The position numbers and the translations under genes are program-made. A DNA stretch of 64,000 nucleotides from assembly GCA_963822965.1 (NCBI GenBank), contig CAWGJT010000009.1, positions 128,001 to 192,000 on the forward strand. Direction: 5' to 3'. This document shows, one piece after another, positions 29,496-38,001 of the stretch. Origin of the DNA: an uncultured delta proteobacterium. GTDB lineage: Bacteria > Myxococcota_A > UBA9160 > UBA4427. The notes under the pieces were generated by a model, which saw only the letters and a program-made list of their open reading frames with translations, did not search any database and was not told the DNA's origin. Positions within the stretch are counted from its first letter, which is position 1. Every line of letters starts with the position of its first letter.

Positions 29496-30358
29496 TCCAC
29501 GCCCATCCCGGCGCCGACCTTCCCTTCGAGAGGCGGCGTGTCGAGGCGCTGCGCGCCCTCCACCCAGACGATCGCACCGGTCGGACAGCGCGCCGTGGCG
29601 TCGGGGGCGGCCAGCTCGCTGCGCGTCTGGTCGACCACCGCGAGACCGTTCACGATGTCGATCAGCCCGTCGGCGGCGTCGAGTGCGCACTTGCCGCAGC
29701 CGTTGCAGGCCACCCGGCAGAGCGCCTCCGCCTCTTCGCCCTCGAGCTCGCTCTTGCACTGGACGAGCAGATGCTGGTCGGCGGGCATCAACACGAAGAG
29801 GTCCTTCGGACAGGCGTCGACACAGTCGCCGCAGGCGGTGCAGCGCGCCGGGTCCACGAGCGGGAGCCGGGTCGGGCTCATCCGGATTGCATCGAAGTCG
29901 CAGGCCGCCTCGCAGTCCGCGAGCCCGAGGCAGCCCCACGTGCAGCCCTTGCCGCCGCCCGCCACCGACGCCGCGGCCTTGCACGTCGCGAAGCCGCGGT
30001 AGCCGGCCGCCTGCACGGCCACGTCCGTCCCGCCCGCGCACAGGAGGCGCGCGACGCGCCGGTCGGACTCGCCGGCCTCGACGCCGAGCAGCGCGGCGAC
30101 GTCGTCGATCGCCTCGGGTCCCATCACCGTGCAGCCCGCCGGCTGCCGTTCGCCGGCGACCAGCGACTCCGCGAACGCGCGGCAGCCGGGCGAGCCGCAC
30201 GCACCGCAGTTCGTGCCGGGCAGCAGCGCGAGCGTCGCGTCGATGCGCGGGTCCTCCAGGACGCGGAACCGGCTCTGCACCAGCGCGATCAGTGCGCCGA
30301 AGACCACACACACGCCGGACAGGATCAGCACGGGCAGGACGACGTTCGCGAGCTCCAC
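29492..30358 (-). CDS. rnfB: Rnf complex subunit B
   Basis: TM anchor, EDPRI, LPGTNCGACGSPGC, CLGLADCEAAC, CTACGDCVDACP, CNGCGKC. Confidence 0.93.
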   Translation of the reverse strand: MELANVVLPVLILSGVCVVFGALIALVQSRFRVLEDPRIDATLALLPGTNCGACGSPGCRAFAESLVAGERQPAGCTVMGPEAIDDVAALLGVEAGESDRRVARLLCAGGTDVAVQAAGYRGFATCKAAASVAGGGKGCTWGCLGLADCEAACDFDAIRMSPTRLPLVDPARCTACGDCVDACPKDLFVLMPADQHLLVQCKSELEGEEAEALCRVACNGCGKCALDAADGLIDIVNGLAVVDQTRSELAAPDATARCPTGAIVWVEGAQRLDTPPLEGKVGAGMGVE

Positions 30359-30368
30359 CGCGCAGGCT

Positions 30369-31529
30369 CTACGGCGAGCCCGAGAGATCGGCCTGACGCA
30401 GGAGCCAGGCCGAGAGCTTCTCGACGTCGTCGGCGGCCGGCGCATGCCCGCCCGCTTCCGCGGCGGACGGCTGGACCGCTTCCGCTGCGGCCGGCTGCCC
30501 TGTCTCCGCCGCGGCCGGCCGCCTTGTTTCCGCCGCGGACGGCCGGCCGCCGAGCGCGGCGGCCGCCGGAGGCGCGGACGACGCGGTCTCTCCCGCGGTC
30601 GGCGCCGGCGCGTTCGGTGCGACGGCCGGCGCCGCCGGCGCGAATGCCACCAGCGCCTCGAGCTGCGCGAGATCCTCGCGCTGCTGGAACTCGCTCGACA
30701 CGCCGAGCCGGCGCGGCGCGCGCTCCGGCAGCCGGTTGACGACGAGTCGCTCCGCGAGCGTCGCCCCGGCCGCCGGATCGTGGCGGAAGTACGCGGCCGA
30801 GTCCGGCACGAGCGCCGCGACGGCGGGCCCGTCGAAGCGCGCCACCCACGCGAGCTCGGCCGGGTCCGCCGTCTGCAGCACCAGCACGCCCGGCGTGACG
30901 AGGCGGACGAGCGCCGCGGGCGGCGCCTCGCCGTCGACCACGAGCACGAGCTTCAACGCACGGTCGACGAAGTCCGCGAGCCCGCCGACGCGCAGGTCCC
31001 GGCCCGCGACGGAGACGACGAGACAGAGCGGCACCTTCCGCTCGGAGCGGCTCCAGTGCTCGAACGGGTGCGCGTCGAGCAGCCCGCCGTGCTCGCTCTC
31101 GCGATAGCTGCCGAGGCTCACGAGGTCCGCCACGCGCGCGGCACCGTAGGCTCGGCCGATCTGGGCGAGCGCACCGCCCACCGCCGACCGCAGGTCCCCG
31201 CCCTCGGCAACCGCGACGTGAAAGAGCCGCTCGCGGAGCGTGAGCAGCTCGTTGCACGTGTCGAACGCGCGCACGACGAGCTCGCCGTGCTCGAGGTCCC
31301 GCGGCTCCACCTGCGTCAGCAGGCGCGACATGCGCTCGGAGTCGATCCGCCCGGCCGCGAACGCGCCGAACTCCGCACGCGCCCCTTCCACCGACGCGCC
31401 GTTGTGCTCCATACGCTTGCTGATCAGGAGCCGGATCTGCTCGCTCGTGTTCGCGAGGATCGACCGGAAGGCCCCGATGGGCTCGGCGAAGGCTTCGAGC
31501 GCCTGTGCGACGCGCGGGTCAGAGGGCAT
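30369..31529 (-). CDS. hypothetical protein resembling a degenerate PFOR TPP-binding (beta) domain
   Basis: Segments align by eye with the C-terminal domain of the neighbouring PFOR-like protein; no GDG motif or Fe-S Cys set. Confidence 0.7.
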   Translation of the reverse strand: MPSDPRVAQALEAFAEPIGAFRSILANTSEQIRLLISKRMEHNGASVEGARAEFGAFAAGRIDSERMSRLLTQVEPRDLEHGELVVRAFDTCNELLTLRERLFHVAVAEGGDLRSAVGGALAQIGRAYGAARVADLVSLGSYRESEHGGLLDAHPFEHWSRSERKVPLCLVVSVAGRDLRVGGLADFVDRALKLVLVVDGEAPPAALVRLVTPGVLVLQTADPAELAWVARFDGPAVAALVPDSAAYFRHDPAAGATLAERLVVNRLPERAPRRLGVSSEFQQREDLAQLEALVAFAPAAPAVAPNAPAPTAGETASSAPPAAAALGGRPSAAETRRPAAAETGQPAAAEAVQPSAAEAGGHAPAADDVEKLSAWLLRQADLSGSP

Positions 31530-32475
31530 GGCGATCGAGCTCGGCGTCGAGCCGCGCGATGTTCTGCGCGGCCGTGTAGGTGGGCAAGCGGCGGATGTCG
31601 TCGTAGCGCTCGCGGTCCTCGTTGCGATAGAAGACGCCGAGGCGGATGCGGTCGGGGCTCTCCGCCAGCACGCGGGCGCGGTCGAGATCGCTCGGGTCGT
31701 GCTCGAGGCGCCGCTTGTAGATCTTCTCGAGGGCCGGCACGCTGACGCCGTCCGCGTGGACCAGCAGCTCGTGCAGGTCCGGCGTGCGCGCCTGCTGCGC
31801 AAAGAGCGGCAACGTGAACTTCGGACAGCGCTGCAGGATGCGCACGAAGGCGAAGCCCCGGTGGCGGTGCGCGGCCTGCAGGGTCTCGAAGAGGTGCGCC
31901 GGCACCCAGTCCGCGGTCTGCGCGACGAAGGACACGTTCGTGACGCCGAGCGCGGTCGAGATCGGGTTCAGCGCCGGCAGCCAGGAGCCGCGCGGTTGCG
32001 TGTTCGTCTTGTAGCCCTGGGGCGTCGTCGGCGACGTCTGGTTCTTGGTCAGGCCGTAGATCGCGTTGTCGAGCATCAACGCGGTCATGTCGATGTTGTA
32101 CCGCGTGGCGTGCAGCCAGTGGCCGGCGCCGATCGAGCAGCAGTCGCCGTCACCCATCACCACGAAGACGTCGAGGTCCGGACGGCTGAGCTTGATGCCC
32201 GTTGCGATCGGCAGCGCGCGGCCGTGGATGCCGTGGAAGCCGTAGGTGTCGAGATAGTGCGGAAAGCGGCTCGAGCAGCCGATCCCCGACACGAAGACCG
32301 TCCGCTCCGGCAACAGCTGCTCGTCCCGCATGAGGCGCTTCACGGCGTTCAACACGCCATGGTCGCCGCAGCCGCCGCACCAGCGGGCGACGACGCTGCC
32401 GTAGTCGTCGAGCTCGAACGTGCGGTCGTCGTCCATGCTGCAGCTGAAGAAGGAGCGCAGCTCTTCGTGCATCAT
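31519..32475 (-). CDS. 2-oxoacid:ferredoxin oxidoreductase beta subunit
   Basis: WCGGCGD, SGIGCSSR, HGIHGRALP, MGDGD, DNAIYGLTKNQTSPT, ILQRCP. Confidence 0.95.
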   Translation of the reverse strand: MMHEELRSFFSCSMDDDRTFELDDYGSVVARWCGGCGDHGVLNAVKRLMRDEQLLPERTVFVSGIGCSSRFPHYLDTYGFHGIHGRALPIATGIKLSRPDLDVFVVMGDGDCCSIGAGHWLHATRYNIDMTALMLDNAIYGLTKNQTSPTTPQGYKTNTQPRGSWLPALNPISTALGVTNVSFVAQTADWVPAHLFETLQAAHRHRGFAFVRILQRCPKFTLPLFAQQARTPDLHELLVHADGVSVPALEKIYKRRLEHDPSDLDRARVLAESPDRIRLGVFYRNEDRERYDDIRRLPTYTAAQNIARLDAELDRHAL

Positions 32476-34466
32476 CGCCCGGCCTCCCCTGCGTCCATGC
32501 GCGCGAGCCGGTCCTGGATGGCCGCGTGGATCTCGCCCGGCCGCAGCGGCTGCCCGGGCACGCGCGTCCAGCAGTCCACGTCCACGAGTGTGTTCGCGCG
32601 CAGCAGGAACGCGAGCTGCCCGTAGCGGCGGTTCTCGGGCGTGATGCGCGGTGCTTCCGGGTCGTCGCTGTAGTTCAGCTCGACGGTCATCACATGCTCG
32701 AAGCGGGAGAAGATGTCGCGCAGTCCCGGATGCAACGGCGACAGGAACGTCAGGTGCGTCGACGACACGGCGTGGCCCTCGGCGCGCGCGCGGTCCACCG
32801 CCTCCTCGATCGCGCCCTTCGTGCTGCCCCAGCCGACGATCAAGAGGCGACCGGCTGCGTCGCCGTGGACCGGCGGCGGCGACAGGGTCTCGTGCAGCAC
32901 CGCGAGCTTGCGGCTGCGCATCGCGGCGCCCAGCTGGTTCACCTCCGGCATGTAGTTCACCTTGCTGCGCTGGTCGTGGTTCAGGCCCGTGACTGTGTGC
33001 ATGCCGCCGGGCTGCCCGGGGACGATCCGCCGCGAGAGGCCGGTCTCCGGATCCCAGCCGTAGGGCAGCTCGTCCTTGCCGACGGCGCGCTGGCTCGCCG
33101 GCGCCGCGTGCCAGCGCTCGTCCGGCACCGGGCGGCGGAACTGCTGCTGGCCGCTCGCCAGGTTCGCATCCGAGAGCACGATGACGACGCAGCGGAAGGC
33201 CTTCGCGATGCGCCGCGCGGTGATCATCACGTGGAAGCACTCTTCGATCGTCGCCGGCGCGAGCACGACGCGCGGCGCGTCGCCGGGCTGCGCGAAGAGC
33301 GCCGCGAGCAGGTCGCTCTGCTCCACCTTCGTCGGCAGCCCGGTGCTCGGCCCGCCGCGCTGCACGTCGAGCACCACGAGCGGGATCTCGGTCATGATCG
33401 CGAGACCGAGGGCCTCCGTCTTCAGTGCGAGGCCCGGCCCCGACGTCACCGTCAATGCCACCTTGCCCGCGTAGGACGCACCGATCGCGACGGTCGCGGC
33501 GGCGATTTCATCCTCCGCCTGGTGCACCTTGCCGCCGTAGCTCTCGAAGATGTCGCAGAGATAGTGCGAGACGGACGTCGCCGGCGTGATCGGATACATC
33601 GCGCAGAAGTCCATGCCGGCCGCGACGGCGCCGAGCGCGGCCGCCTGGTTGCCGTTCATCACGACCCGGGCCTCGTCGCTATCGACGCGCGGAATGGCGA
33701 CGCGGAAGTCCAGGTTCGCGGCGGCCCAGTCGATGCCCTGCTGCAGGAGGTCGCAGTTCGCTTTCGCCACCTCCGGCGCCTTGGCCGCGAACTGCGCGCG
33801 GATCTGCTCGCGGACGTAGTCCACGTCCAGGCCGTAGATCTCGGCCAGCAGGCCGAGCGCGAACATGTTCTTGCCCTTGCGCGCGTCGTCGACGACGCGC
33901 AGGCACTCCTCCTCCATCGGGACCGGCAGCAGCCGGTAGCCGCGACCGGAGATCTCGTTCATCGCGTCCTGCCACTGGCGGCGGATCTCTTCGTCCGGAT
34001 GGTCGGCCCACTGCGCCTCGAGCAGCACGATGCAGTCTTCGCTGAGCGCGTCGAGGCGGTGGCGCGCGAGCAGAACCTGCTCGTTGAAGGCGACCACGAG
34101 GGCTGCCTGGTCGCCCCAGTTCGTGATCTCGCCGGTGCCGAAGCGCACGAGGTTCCCGCTGGCGCTGGCCGCCGTGCGTGCGGGCGGCTCGATCTCGGCC
34201 GGAATGATTTCGACGGTCCAGATCCCGTAGCCCATCTTCGCCGCCGCGCGCGCGAAGATCTGGCCGCACTTCTGCGCACCCTCGCCCGAGTCCGATACCA
34301 CCTCGACGACGTGCTCGGAGGCCTCGACCAGCGTCTTCGCGTGGGGGCGGTGCGCGGAGGCCGGCGCAGCGCCGAGCGCAGGGTCCGCGGCGTGCTCCGA
34401 TGTGCTCTCCGCCGTGTTGTCGGGGGACAGGTTCCTCAGCTGCTTCTCTCCCGTACCTCGCCGCAC
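32472..34466 (-). CDS. 2-oxoacid:acceptor oxidoreductase alpha subunit (gamma-alpha fusion)
   Basis: SDSGEG, MNGNQA, YPITPAT, QAEDEIAA, TSGPGLALKTE, DVQRGGPSTGLPTKVEQSD, GWGST; start approximate. Confidence 0.95.
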   Translation of the reverse strand: MRRGTGEKQLRNLSPDNTAESTSEHAADPALGAAPASAHRPHAKTLVEASEHVVEVVSDSGEGAQKCGQIFARAAAKMGYGIWTVEIIPAEIEPPARTAASASGNLVRFGTGEITNWGDQAALVVAFNEQVLLARHRLDALSEDCIVLLEAQWADHPDEEIRRQWQDAMNEISGRGYRLLPVPMEEECLRVVDDARKGKNMFALGLLAEIYGLDVDYVREQIRAQFAAKAPEVAKANCDLLQQGIDWAAANLDFRVAIPRVDSDEARVVMNGNQAAALGAVAAGMDFCAMYPITPATSVSHYLCDIFESYGGKVHQAEDEIAAATVAIGASYAGKVALTVTSGPGLALKTEALGLAIMTEIPLVVLDVQRGGPSTGLPTKVEQSDLLAALFAQPGDAPRVVLAPATIEECFHVMITARRIAKAFRCVVIVLSDANLASGQQQFRRPVPDERWHAAPASQRAVGKDELPYGWDPETGLSRRIVPGQPGGMHTVTGLNHDQRSKVNYMPEVNQLGAAMRSRKLAVLHETLSPPPVHGDAAGRLLIVGWGSTKGAIEEAVDRARAEGHAVSSTHLTFLSPLHPGLRDIFSRFEHVMTVELNYSDDPEAPRITPENRRYGQLAFLLRANTLVDVDCWTRVPGQPLRPGEIHAAIQDRLARMDAGEAGR

Positions 34467-34730
34467 TGCAAGCCTACCGCGGGAGGGGTCCGGAGTCCGA
34501 ATGCAGGCTCCGCGCGTCCGGGCCGGGGCGGGCTGATTCGGTCCCATGGCCGAGCGCCGATTGGGGCATTTGGACACACCTCCCGCTCTCGGGGGGGATT
34601 GTTCGCGGCCCCGAGCGGCACGGATCCTGCGACGATCCTCGTCGGGTGGAGGAGCGCGCAACGGGACGCGGGATGCGGAGACAGACGCGCAAGGTAGACA
34701 GGTAACAGGGAGACGGAGGGAGGGGCAGCC

Positions 34731-35171
34731 ATGACGAATCGCGGCACCGGAGACGAGCACGCCGCAGAACGGATCGAAGACGACCACCGCGAGCTGCGAA
34801 GCCGGCTCGAGGCACTGACGAACACGGCCGATCGCGCGGGCGCGCTCTCCAGCCTGCAAGAGCTGCCGAAGCTGCTCGGCGAGCACTTCGCCGACGAGGA
34901 GGTGGCCGGCGGTCTCTACGACGACCTCGCCCGCCGCAGCCCCGGCCTCGCCGACAAGCTCGACACCCTCCGCCGCGAGCACCGCGAGATCCTCGAAGAC
35001 CTCGAGACCCTGAGCCGTGACCTCCAGCACCCCGCCGGCCCGCAAGCCCAGCTCAGCGAAGACGCCCGGCGCCGCGTCAACCGCTGTGCCGACCGCCTCC
35101 GCCGCCACGAGCACGCCGAATCGGGGATGATCGCCGACGTGTACTACGCGGACGAGGGAGGCCGGGGCTGA
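34731..35171 (+). CDS. hemerythrin/HHE-domain protein
   Basis: DH..., EHFADEE, LRREH, RHEHAE pattern; GGAGGG RBS. Confidence 0.8.
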   Translation: MTNRGTGDEHAAERIEDDHRELRSRLEALTNTADRAGALSSLQELPKLLGEHFADEEVAGGLYDDLARRSPGLADKLDTLRREHREILEDLETLSRDLQHPAGPQAQLSEDARRRVNRCADRLRRHEHAESGMIADVYYADEGGRG

Positions 35172-35177
35172 CAGCCA

Positions 35178-35195
35178 CGGACGCAATTGCGTCCG
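35178..35195. promoter_or_regulatory. perfect 18-bp palindrome
   Basis: CGGACGCAATTGCGTCCG immediately after the hemerythrin stop; function unknown. Confidence 0.4.
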
Positions 35196-35401
35196 CATGG
35201 CCCCTCGACTCGCTCGGCATCAAGAGGAGGGTGCCGACGGGCACTTCCGTGCACCGGTCTACACCGATGAGAGACGCCCGACACCCCGGGCCGCCTTGCA
35301 CGAGCCATCGGAGACGAGATGGCGCTGCCCCATCCTTCATCTGGGCACGTTCCCGGTTCGGGGGCCCGGGTCGGCTGCCGCTCCCGGCGGCCCAACGGCT
35401 C

Positions 35402-36478
35402 TCACGTGAGTGAGCGGGCGACCGCGACCGTCCGCTCGACCAGGTCGTCGAGTCGCAGCTCACCGTGGCCGGCGAGCGCGACGCCCACGCGTCCGGCCCA
35501 CGGCGCCGTCCAGGCTCGAGGGATGCCGCCGCCGCCGATCCCGCACAGGGCCCCGACCGTCGCCCCGTTGCAGTCCGTGTCCCAACCCGCCGCAACCGCC
35601 TCGCCGACGGCGGCCCCGAAGTCGCCGTCGCCCGAGACGAACGCCCACACGACCAGGGCGAGGTTGTTGAGCGTGTGGACCGGAGACAGCTCGGCGTACC
35701 GCTGGTGGAGGCGTTCGACGGCGTCGCTCCGGCCGGCCAGCTCGCGTCCGAAGTGCACCGCCTCGGCCGCACCGCTGTCCTTCGGAATCTGGGCGCAGGC
35801 GGCATCGATCGCCTCGCCCCATCCCTCGGCCGCGGGGAGCGCTGCTCCCAGCGCCGCGACGAACATGGCGCCGTAGACGCCGTCCCCGCGATGCGAGAGC
35901 GCCGCATCGCGCCGCGCGAGCTCCGCGGCGAGCTCCGGACGACCGGGACACACCCAGCCGTAGAGGTCCGCTCGAATCTGGGCGCCGATCCAGTCGTTGT
36001 ATTCATTCTCGGCGCAAGCCTCGAGGTCGAAGCCGGCGGGGGCCCCGTTCGGGAAGTGCTCCGCGGCCCGGTCCAGCAGGGTGCGGTAGGCGGCGCGCTC
36101 CGCCGTGTAGGTCGCCCCCGCTGGAAGGAGTCTCAGCCAGGCGCGCGCAACATCGGCAGTCTCCAGCGCAGCACCCTTCTCTTCCAGCAGCAGCAGGGCC
36201 AACACCGTGTAGTTGATGTCGTCGTCCGGCTCGGCGCGCACGATCTCGCCACGGCAGCAGCCAACCCCGAAGCCGTCGACGAGGGTTGCCTCGATTCGAG
36301 GGACGTAGTCCCGAAGCGGCAACGCGCCGGCCTGCTCGAGGTAGGCGTCGAGCGCCGCCTTTCCCCGCAAGATCGAGAGCAGCTCGACGGGCTTGCCCAG
36401 CACGCAGCCGCTCACCCGACCCTCCCAGGCCGCGCGGATCCGATCGGGCTCGACGGGTAGCGCCTTCACCTTCAGCAC
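35402..36478 (-). CDS. ADP-ribosylglycohydrolase family protein
   Basis: GCVLGKPVE, PDDDINYT, YTAE, WIGAQIRAD, GWDTDCNGATVG. Confidence 0.9.
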   Translation of the reverse strand: MLKVKALPVEPDRIRAAWEGRVSGCVLGKPVELLSILRGKAALDAYLEQAGALPLRDYVPRIEATLVDGFGVGCCRGEIVRAEPDDDINYTVLALLLLEEKGAALETADVARAWLRLLPAGATYTAERAAYRTLLDRAAEHFPNGAPAGFDLEACAENEYNDWIGAQIRADLYGWVCPGRPELAAELARRDAALSHRGDGVYGAMFVAALGAALPAAEGWGEAIDAACAQIPKDSGAAEAVHFGRELAGRSDAVERLHQRYAELSPVHTLNNLALVVWAFVSGDGDFGAAVGEAVAAGWDTDCNGATVGALCGIGGGGIPRAWTAPWAGRVGVALAGHGELRLDDLVERTVAVARSLT

Positions 36479-36624
36479 CTTCAGCGGATCGCGCCCCGCT
36501 TGCGCGAAGTCATGCTCTCACCCCGACGAGAGCCGGTCAACTCCGGGAATGCGACCGTACCTGGGAGTCGACTACCCTTCATGCTGGCGCCTTGGAGGAG
36601 GATCCGCGCGTGGAGGTCTCGGCC

Positions 36625-37857
36625 ATGAGCGCGGGGAAGCGGGTGTTCTTCAACGCTGGCTTCGCCTCGATGATCGTCTTCCTGCCGCTCCTCACGGGGT
36701 ACTTCGCGATCTCGATCGTCCACTACGACGCGGCCCTCGTCGTTCCCGACGCGGCGTTCTGGTCCCACGTCGAGCCGCCGAGCCTCGCCTCCGTGGGCTT
36801 CTATCTCCTGTGGATCGCCTTCCAGGCCGCCCTCTACGCGTGGCTCCCGGGCCGGAGCGCGGAGGGTGCACCCCTGGCGGACGGGCGCCGGCTCGACTAT
36901 CGCCTGAACGGCCTGCTGGCCCTGGCGCTCACCATCGGCGCGGCCGCGCTCGCGGTGGTGCTCGGCCTCGCGCCGCCGGGGCTGCTCTTCGAGCACTTCG
37001 GCGCCCTCGTCACCACCGCCAACGCAGTCGTGCTGCTCGGCTGCGTGTGGCTCGTGGCGCTGGGCCGACGTCAGGCCGCGGACGAGGAACGCGAGCTGAA
37101 CCTCCTCGAGGCCTACACCGTGGGCGCCTGCCGCAATCCGCGTATCGGACGCTTCGATCTCAAGTTCTTCTGCGAGTCCAGACCCGGCATGATCCTGTGG
37201 GTGTTGATCGATCTCTCCCTGGCCGCCCAGCAGTACACGCTTCACGGTACGGTGAGCAACGCGATGGTGCTGGTCTGCTTCTTCCAGATCCTCTACGTCA
37301 CCGACTACTTCGTCTTCGAGGACGCCATCCTCACGACCTGGGACATCAAGCACGAGAACTTCGGCTTCATGCTCGGCTGGGGCTGCCTGGTCTGGATTCC
37401 CTTCGCCTACTCGCTGCAGCCCCTCTATCTGGTCGCCCACCCGGAGCCCCTGCCGGGGTGGGGTGCGAGCGCCGTCTTCGTACTGAACGCCCTGGGCTTC
37501 TCCATCTTCCGAAGCTCCAACCTGCAGAAACACCGCTTCTCGCGCGACCCCATGGAACCGATCTGGGGGCGGAAGCCCGAGTTCATCCAGACCGCGCACG
37601 GCAACGGGCTTCTCACCTCGGGCTGGTGGGGCGTCTCGCGGCACAGCAACTATCTGGGGGACTGGCTCATGGGGCTGTCCTGGTCGCTCACCTGCGGCCT
37701 CGAGCGCTTGATTCCCTACTTCTACCCCATCTACTTCGCGATCCTGTTGATCCACCGGGAGTGGCGCGACGGCAGACACTGCGCAAAGAAGTACGGCGCG
37801 GACTGGGACCGGTACACCGAGAAGGTCCGCTGGCGGATCATCCCGGGGATCTACTGA
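36625..37857 (+). CDS. ERG4/ERG24-family sterol reductase (delta14- or delta7-reductase-like)
   Basis: NPRIGRFDLKFFCESRPG, TTWDIKHENFGFML, NLQKHRF, LLTSGWWGVSRHSNYLGD, CAKKYGADW, IIPGIY. Confidence 0.92.
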   Translation: MSAGKRVFFNAGFASMIVFLPLLTGYFAISIVHYDAALVVPDAAFWSHVEPPSLASVGFYLLWIAFQAALYAWLPGRSAEGAPLADGRRLDYRLNGLLALALTIGAAALAVVLGLAPPGLLFEHFGALVTTANAVVLLGCVWLVALGRRQAADEERELNLLEAYTVGACRNPRIGRFDLKFFCESRPGMILWVLIDLSLAAQQYTLHGTVSNAMVLVCFFQILYVTDYFVFEDAILTTWDIKHENFGFMLGWGCLVWIPFAYSLQPLYLVAHPEPLPGWGASAVFVLNALGFSIFRSSNLQKHRFSRDPMEPIWGRKPEFIQTAHGNGLLTSGWWGVSRHSNYLGDWLMGLSWSLTCGLERLIPYFYPIYFAILLIHREWRDGRHCAKKYGADWDRYTEKVRWRIIPGIY

Positions 37858-38001
37858 CGAGATCGCAAGTCCCCGTGAGCCGGGAGGAATCCCCGCCGCC
37901 GCCGCCATACGGACGAGCCGGGTACGGGCTTGTCACGATGTTCCACGCGCCGTCACGCCTCGCTGGACACGAGCCATTCCGGCATCCAGCGAGGCAATCC
38001 C

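Noticed and set aside
23955..30002. 2015-aa plus-strand ORF and other long antisense or alternate-frame ORFs
   Set aside because: Shadow ORFs of high-GC coding sequence; Arg/Ala/Pro-rich with no motifs.
34470..34730. FNR box upstream of the anaerobic-type operon
   Set aside because: No convincing TTGAT-N4-ATCAA seen.
35402..36478. DraG-type nitrogenase regulation linked to Rnf
   Set aside because: No nif or draT genes in the window; motifs fit the general ADP-ribosylglycohydrolase family.
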